Shown in pieces: positions 55,660-61,032 of a stretch of DNA of 61,032 bases. This DNA comes from Actinomycetes bacterium (lineage in GTDB: Bacteria; Actinomycetota; Acidimicrobiia; Spongiisociales; SHLN01): NCBI GenBank assembly GCA_024638625.1, contig JAHEJY010000002.1, positions 1-61,032 of the forward strand. Reading direction: 5' to 3'. A program made the position numbers and the translations under genes. Numbering within the stretch: position 1 is the first letter of the stretch; every line of letters starts with the position of its first letter. A model generated the notes under the pieces. It worked only from the letters and a program-made list of their open reading frames with translations, was not told the DNA's origin and did not search any database.

Positions 55660-58272
55660 CTACGACTTGGTTTCTGCAAGGGTCTTTCCGGTGGCGGTAT
55701 CAACACGCAGTTTCACCCTTAGTTGCGCGACACCTTCCATGACCTCGCGCGTGAGTTCCAGGGTGTCGTCGACCTCGGTCAGGGGCGCCTCGAGCACCAG
55801 CTCGTCATGGATTTGTAACAATTGGCGGCTCGCGAGCCCTCGCTGCAAGAGGTGCTCATCGAGGCTGATCATCGCCATCTTGATCAGGTCCGCCGCCGAA
55901 CCCTGGATGGGAGCGTTCAGCGCCATCCGTTCACCGGTCTGCCTGACCCGGAAATTGCCCGAAGCGAGCTCTGGTAGATACCGTCTTCTCCCAAAGACGG
56001 TGGTGGTGTAACCCGTTCGCCTGGCCTCGGCGACGACACCGCTCATGAATGCCTGAACCTTGGGAAACTGGGCGAAGTACGCATCAATGTGCTCCTGGGC
56101 TTCTTCGCGATCGATTTCGAGGCGTGATGCCAGGCCGAATGCTTCCATCCCATACAACAAGCCGAAGTTCACCACTTTGGCTCGTCGACGCATGTCGGCA
56201 TCTACCTGATCGATTGAGATGCCGTTGACGCGGGCGGCCGTTGCGGCATGAATGTCCTGGTCACTGTTGAACGCCTCCAGGAGTCCAGGATCCTCGGTGA
56301 GATGGGCGAGAATTCTCAATTCGATCTGGGAATAGTCGGCAACCACGAATGTGGCACCCTCCGGCGCAACGAAGGCCTTGCGGATCGTCCGGCCCTCTTC
56401 AGACCGAATCGGGATGTTCTGCAGATTCGGCCGTTCCGATGACAGCCGGCCGGTCGCTGCCGCCGTCTGATTGAACACGGCGTGGACGCGCCCGTCAGAT
56501 GCGATGAGCGGCAGAAAGCCGTCCACATAGGTCGATCGCAATTTCTCCAGCTGCCGGTATTCGAGTAGCGCTTTGACAACCGGATGGTCCAGCTTCGCGA
56601 GCACGGACGCATCTGTGCTCGGCTGACCCTTGGGAGTTTTCTTGAGAATCGGCAGATCGAGATCTTCGAAGAGGACCTTTTTCAACTGCAGGGTGCTGTT
56701 GATGTTGAAAACCCGCCCCGCTTCATCATGGATCTGCGACTCGAGGGCCGAAAGCCGCGCTCTCAAGTCTTGTCCCAGCGTCTCGAGATACTCCCGGTCA
56801 ACCGCAATGCCTGCGTGTTCCATCCGGGCCAGCACGACGACCAGCGGGAACTCGATATCTTCCAACAGCGACATAGCGCCCCGCGCCGCCGCCTGTTCGG
56901 TCAGCGGCTCCACGAGCCGAGAGACTGCAACCACGCGCCTACCGAGCCCGTCGAGATCCGGACCTTCGAAATCAAGAGTCCCCTGGGCTGAGTCACCCCC
57001 TACGTCATCGAGGGAGTCGACTTCGACCTGAGCCACTTCCAGGGCGAGGTCCGTGAGTTCGTATGAGGCACGAGCCGGGTTGATGACGTATGAGGCCAGG
57101 AGGGTATCGAAGACGATCCTGGGCACCGGCAGGTCTGCGTCGAGTAGAGCCCTCACGATCGGCTTGGCATCGTGCGCTACGATCCCGCGTTCGGCCGCCA
57201 TGGAAGCCAGGTCCTTGAGGAGGTCCGGACCGACCAGCCCGGCCCGGGTTTCGTCGATCAAGACAACGATGCCAGAAACGTCCTCCTGCTCCTTGAGAGG
57301 CTCCAGTACCAGTGGACCGGAGTCGGGCAGCTCGCCAAGATCCCGCAGCGGCACGACCTCTGTGTCCAGGACCTCTCCGGCAGGCGTTGCCGACCCCCCG
57401 CCCAACTCAACGAGCCGCGTCCACAAGCTTTGAAACGCAAGACCGTCGAACACCCGCTTGACCTCGGCTGGATCCCACTCGGTCCTCCTCAAGTCGTCTA
57501 CTTCCCAGACGATGGGGACCTCTCGTTCGAGTTGGGTGAGTTGGAGGTTGAGGTACACCTGATCGCGATGTTGTGCCAGCGACTCGGCCAGTTTCGGGCT
57601 TGCCTGGTCGAGATGCTGGAAGATCCCGTCGAGCGATCCGTGTTCCTGCAGAAGCCGGGTGGCGGTCTTCTCGCCGACTCCGGGAACACCCGGAAGGTTG
57701 TCCGAATTGTCACCCCGGAGCGCGGCGTATTGCGGATAGGCGTCTGGCCCGATCCCGTACCGGTCCTCGACGTAAGCGGCGTCCGCTCTCACCACATCTG
57801 TGATGCCCCGGCGGGTGTACAGAACCGTGATGCGATCTTCGATGAGCTGAAATGCATCACGATCGCCAGTAACCACGAGGACGTCCCATCCTTCTCGTGA
57901 AGCTTCCGAGGCGACGGTCGCGATGAGGTCATCTGCCTCGTAGCCTTCGAGTTCAAACTGGCGGATCTGGAGTGCGCTCGCAACCTCTCGCATCAGCGGC
58001 AACTGGCTGCGAAAGAGGTCCGGGGCCGACTCTCGCTGAGCCTTATATTCCGGATAGAGATCGTTTCGGAAGGTTTTGGCGGGTGTGTCCCAGGCGACCG
58101 CCAGCGCGTCAGGCGCTTCATCCCCCAGCAGACGAATGATCATGGACGTGAAACCGTAGACCGCATTTGTGACTTGGCCGGCCGGAGTTGCCAGATCGCT
58201 TGGCAGCGCATAGAAGGCCCGGTAGGCCAGGGAATGGCCATCGAGAATGGCAAGGGTTGGCATCGACCGCAT
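55660..58272 (-). CDS. polA: DNA polymerase I
   Basis: 870 aa. 5'-nuclease domain (LAILDGHSLAYRAFYA), polymerase motifs (DYSQIELRILAH; QGSAADL; QIHDELV). Confidence 0.96.
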   Translation of the reverse strand: MRSMPTLAILDGHSLAYRAFYALPSDLATPAGQVTNAVYGFTSMIIRLLGDEAPDALAVAWDTPAKTFRNDLYPEYKAQRESAPDLFRSQLPLMREVASALQIRQFELEGYEADDLIATVASEASREGWDVLVVTGDRDAFQLIEDRITVLYTRRGITDVVRADAAYVEDRYGIGPDAYPQYAALRGDNSDNLPGVPGVGEKTATRLLQEHGSLDGIFQHLDQASPKLAESLAQHRDQVYLNLQLTQLEREVPIVWEVDDLRRTEWDPAEVKRVFDGLAFQSLWTRLVELGGGSATPAGEVLDTEVVPLRDLGELPDSGPLVLEPLKEQEDVSGIVVLIDETRAGLVGPDLLKDLASMAAERGIVAHDAKPIVRALLDADLPVPRIVFDTLLASYVINPARASYELTDLALEVAQVEVDSLDDVGGDSAQGTLDFEGPDLDGLGRRVVAVSRLVEPLTEQAAARGAMSLLEDIEFPLVVVLARMEHAGIAVDREYLETLGQDLRARLSALESQIHDEAGRVFNINSTLQLKKVLFEDLDLPILKKTPKGQPSTDASVLAKLDHPVVKALLEYRQLEKLRSTYVDGFLPLIASDGRVHAVFNQTAAATGRLSSERPNLQNIPIRSEEGRTIRKAFVAPEGATFVVADYSQIELRILAHLTEDPGLLEAFNSDQDIHAATAARVNGISIDQVDADMRRRAKVVNFGLLYGMEAFGLASRLEIDREEAQEHIDAYFAQFPKVQAFMSGVVAEARRTGYTTTVFGRRRYLPELASGNFRVRQTGERMALNAPIQGSAADLIKMAMISLDEHLLQRGLASRQLLQIHDELVLEAPLTEVDDTLELTREVMEGVAQLRVKLRVDTATGKTLAETKS

Positions 58273-58308
58273 CCTATTCGGACCGGATGACGCCTCTGGC
58301 GAGAACGA

Positions 58309-59805
58309 CTAGCCGATCAGGTGGACCGGGTTGCCTTCCACCTCGACCAACCAGGTAGTTCGATCGTTGGCTGTGACTCCGGCGGGAATCACATTGTTGA
58401 TTCGCCACCAGCAGTCGCTCAGACAGTTGTAGGTGGATGGAAGGTCAAAGGTCATATGGACCCACTCGCCCGAATACAACCGGTTTCCGTTGTTCTGCGT
58501 GTTCACGAAACAGTTGCCGACGTCATTACCGACGAACGTATTGCTGTCGCCGCGCGTAATCGTGCATGAGATCCCCGCAGCATCAGGCAACACATTCATG
58601 GTTGTGTTTCCTCCCCCGGAGGTGTCGCCGGGATCGAAGAAGCTTGCTTTGATCTTGCGACCGGCGTATTCCTCAGGCACCCGCATGAGATCGACCGTCG
58701 AGCTTCCACCGGCAATCGTGTTGCTCAACGACATCGATCCCAAGCCGTAAATCTTGACCGTACCGCTCCCCGTGTTGGAAACCGCTAATCCGAAAGAGTT
58801 GCCGCCCCGGTTGGCCGCATTGGCGGTGACGTGCAGCGGATAGATGCCTTCACTCGTGACCGGGACCACGCACAAGATGTCAACAACCGGATTGGTGGGA
58901 TCGAAGGGATCGAGGGCAATGTTGTTGGGGTACGCGGTCGGCGCGAACGTCCGGTCGCATCCAAGGATCGTGGCGTTGTCTGTGTAGTCAAATGGTGTGG
59001 CGTCAACCCCGGCCAGCCGGAATCGGGTACTCATGCTGCTCCCGTGCTCGAGAGGTTGAACCCGTCCATCGTTGTAGCGACTGCTGGCGTTGGCGCTGGC
59101 GTAGGCGGCATCGATGGTGAACACCGTGATGGCGCCGGCACCGGCAGGAACCTCGAGGGCGTAGTAATACCCTTCGATACCGGCCGCAGCACGGTCGTCG
59201 CGGATCGAATCGGTGCCCTGGTCGGCCGACCCACCAACCGGATTGGCTGAGCTGAACGGATCACCGTTTTCGTATCGATCGATCGTCGAGTTGATGGCGG
59301 CCCAGAATCCATCTCCGCCTCCACTGATCCCGACACCAAAGGTATTCGTGGATCCGCCAAGCGCTAACGGTGGCAGCGACTCGGCCAGGGCGTCCCGAGA
59401 AACCCGCATGGTGTCGATCCCGAATACTCTCGAAAAGAACATGTCAACGTCGTCTGACACCGTTACTTCGACCTGGTAGTCGTTGAATCGGCTCGCCGGG
59501 TTGTTCGGGTCGAGGGGCACGTTTGCGACAACGACCTGCCCAGCCGGATAGCCATTGTTCGCAGCAAGCTGAAAAGCCAGGGTTTCGGCCTGAGAACCGC
59601 TGATCGTCGGAGTCACGTGAGGGAGTCTGGTAACCGCGGCCAGTGCCGCCGCATCTGCCGCGTTCTGCACCCGGGAGGCATTGAGGTAGACCCAGCCGAG
59701 GTCAACGGCAAATCCCACCATGCCGAACAAGACCAGCGTCATGAGCGCTACCAGCGGCAATACGGCTCCCCGGTCGTCGTGTCTACTAGAAGCGACGAGG
59801 CTCAA
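58309..59805 (-). CDS. tadG: TadG-like pseudopilin/pilus-associated protein
   Basis: 498 aa. The N-terminal TadE/G-like hydrophobic segment plus Tad motif (GAVLPLVALMTLVLFGMVGFAVDLGWVYLNASRVQNAADAAALAA) is followed by a large extracellular domain. Confidence 0.75.
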   Translation of the reverse strand: MSLVASSRHDDRGAVLPLVALMTLVLFGMVGFAVDLGWVYLNASRVQNAADAAALAAVTRLPHVTPTISGSQAETLAFQLAANNGYPAGQVVVANVPLDPNNPASRFNDYQVEVTVSDDVDMFFSRVFGIDTMRVSRDALAESLPPLALGGSTNTFGVGISGGGDGFWAAINSTIDRYENGDPFSSANPVGGSADQGTDSIRDDRAAAGIEGYYYALEVPAGAGAITVFTIDAAYASANASSRYNDGRVQPLEHGSSMSTRFRLAGVDATPFDYTDNATILGCDRTFAPTAYPNNIALDPFDPTNPVVDILCVVPVTSEGIYPLHVTANAANRGGNSFGLAVSNTGSGTVKIYGLGSMSLSNTIAGGSSTVDLMRVPEEYAGRKIKASFFDPGDTSGGGNTTMNVLPDAAGISCTITRGDSNTFVGNDVGNCFVNTQNNGNRLYSGEWVHMTFDLPSTYNCLSDCWWRINNVIPAGVTANDRTTWLVEVEGNPVHLIG

Positions 59806-60316
59806 GCCGCATCTCCGTTTCTTCGTTCAGGATGCGCTCACCGCTCCCGAAGAGGTTGGTAATCCACTTGTGCTTGTAGTTGACCATCACAATGGCGTGG
59901 TCGAGATTGGCAACGTCCGTTTGGCGAGACGGAGGCGGCCAGCCGCTGTTGATCTGGCTCGAAACCCAACCACCGGAACCGTCCGGGGTGTAGAGGTACC
60001 CATCGCCGTTTTGGTTGACGACCGAGATCGAATCAACCTGAACCGCCGCTGCCTGCATCGTGGCGAAAGCCGCATCGAGTCCCCACTGGTCAGCATTCAC
60101 ATGGTCGCCGGCTGCCACGATGATGCGAGCCGCTTCCCGACTCGCCGAGTTCGCCGTCAGACTGTCCTTGAACAAGAGCCCGAACTCGAGCATGCCGATG
60201 ACCAGCATCACCAGCAGTGGTGCCAGGATCGCGAACTCCACCATGGCCGCGCCTCGATCGCGACGATCGTCGGAGAACCGCTTGCGCGTGAACCATGTCA
60301 AATCTCTTGTACCCAT
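59786..60316 (-). CDS. tadE: TadE-family pseudopilin
   Basis: 176 aa. RGAAMVEFAILAPLLVMLVIGMLEFGLLFKDSLTANSASREAARI is the TadE-like N-terminus. Confidence 0.8.
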   Translation of the reverse strand: MGTRDLTWFTRKRFSDDRRDRGAAMVEFAILAPLLVMLVIGMLEFGLLFKDSLTANSASREAARIIVAAGDHVNADQWGLDAAFATMQAAAVQVDSISVVNQNGDGYLYTPDGSGGWVSSQINSGWPPPSRQTDVANLDHAIVMVNYKHKWITNLFGSGERILNEETEMRLEPRRF

Positions 60317-60394
60317 TCGTGGACCTATCGGCAGCTCTACGAATTAGCTTCACCACTTGCGGTGTTCTCGCCATGGGCCGCCAGACCTACTCAT

Positions 60395-60900
60395 GTCGGC
60401 GGTTAGACGCTTGTTGGTTGGGACGTGGCGCACGTGGGAGCTGGTCTACGTGGGCCGTACTCGCGGCAGAGAGCTACCGCCCTTTGTGGCCGGACCTCCA
60501 TGCCACGAACAGCACGGGCCCTCAGAGCCTCGGGGTCGCGGTGGACGTGTCCGTGAGAGATCGCCGAGCGCTGGTCGAAGGCTTTCGTGGGAGATCGCCG
60601 GTTTTGGGTTGCGGTTTACGTGGGAGATTGACGAAGGATGCTTATTGTCGGCGGTTAGACGCTTGTTGGTTGGGACGTGGCGCACGCGGGAGGTGATCTA
60701 CGTCGGCCGTATTCGCGGCAGAGAGCTACCGCCTTTGTGGCCGAACCTCCATGCCACGAACAGCACGGGCCCTCAGAGCCTCGGGGTCGCGGTTGACGTG
60801 TCCGTGGGCCCGGGCGCGACCGGCGAACTCTTCCGTGGTCCATTACTGAGCGCTTGTTGAAGGCTTTCGTGGGAGATCGCCGTCCGGACATTGACGCGAA
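60395..60900. repeat. Two tandem copies of a roughly 252-bp non-coding unit
   Basis: The cores at 60395-60555 and 60647-60806 differ at about 8 positions, including a 1-nt indel. A second shared block (GAGCGCTKGTYGAAGGCTTTCGTGGGAGATCGCCG) is at 60567-60600 and 60849-60882. Confidence 0.9.
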
Positions 60901-60930
60901 GGGGCTCGAAGACTCTGCGCATGCCATCAA

Positions 60931-61024
60931 GGCGGTAGCTCCCCCACTCACGACCACGGCCTACGTCGACCACCCTGTTGCGTACGGTCGGTCCAACCCA
61001 CTGGAGCGTTTAGCCGCCGCCCAT
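60931..61024. repeat. Degenerate inverted partial copy of the first ~90 bp of the 252-bp unit
   Basis: GGCGGTAGCTC...ACGGCCTACGTCGACCA...AGCGTTTAGCCGCC aligns by eye with the reverse complement of 60395-60484, at roughly two thirds identity. Confidence 0.6.
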
Positions 61025-61032
61025 AACTCGCG

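Noticed and set aside
60393-60662. TTGTCGGCG at the start of each 252-bp repeat, and TTGTCGGCA upstream of uvrB (44180-44188, minus strand), considered as PafBC-dependent RecA-NDp-type promoter elements.
   Set aside because: As I recall it, the consensus needs TANNNT 8 nt downstream, and none of the three sites has it. The two repeat copies also point away from any gene in the window.

Overview
This is a high-GC, almost fully coding chromosomal segment, mostly on the minus strand, whose gene content and order match the conserved core of an Actinomycetota genome. The class cannot be determined from the window.

Gene content, left to right:
- The complete Pup-proteasome locus: pafC (partial), pafB, pafA, prcA, prcB, pup, dop, mpa.
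- A small ferredoxin.
- A tRNA T-loop modification operon: ThiS/TtuB-like carrier, TtuA-like thiolase, trmI.
- Assorted membrane and housekeeping genes: holin-X-like protein, EamA transporter, epimerase-family protein, CoA-binding protein, MFS transporter, FG-GAP protein, trmL, TlpA-like protein, Lgt-like protein.
- tRNA-Leu(GAG), gdh, an alpha-hydroxy-acid oxidase, a DinB-family protein, GNAT acetyltransferases and secG.
- An Opp/Dpp-type ABC transporter.
- gpmA-tpiA-pgk, facing two divergently transcribed tandem GAPDH genes.
- yvcK-rapZ-uvrC-methyltransferase-uvrA-uvrB.
- A Flp/Tad pilus system with a NarL-type two-component pair, interleaved with coaE, rpsA and polA.
- About 250-bp repeats at the right edge.

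I saw no rRNA, CRISPR array, transposase, integrase or prophage.

Most noteworthy observations:
1. The ubiquitin-like sulfur carrier has no stop codon after its Gly-Gly. It is fused in frame to a 69-bp double-hairpin tandem-repeat array that ends in an ATGA overlap with ttuA.
2. A GAPDH paralog has Asn in place of the catalytic Cys and is translationally coupled to the canonical gap gene. This pair sits in an inverted block at the position where whiA is normally found.
3. The tad pilus genes lie in three blocks intercalated into the conserved polA-rpsA-coaE-uvrB backbone.
4. Several unexplained repeats or regulatory-looking elements occur: the ferredoxin initiation region duplicated in tandem, the 252-bp repeats upstream of tadE, and palindromes upstream of flp and uvrB.

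All calls come from reading the translations and the DNA by eye. No database searches were run.
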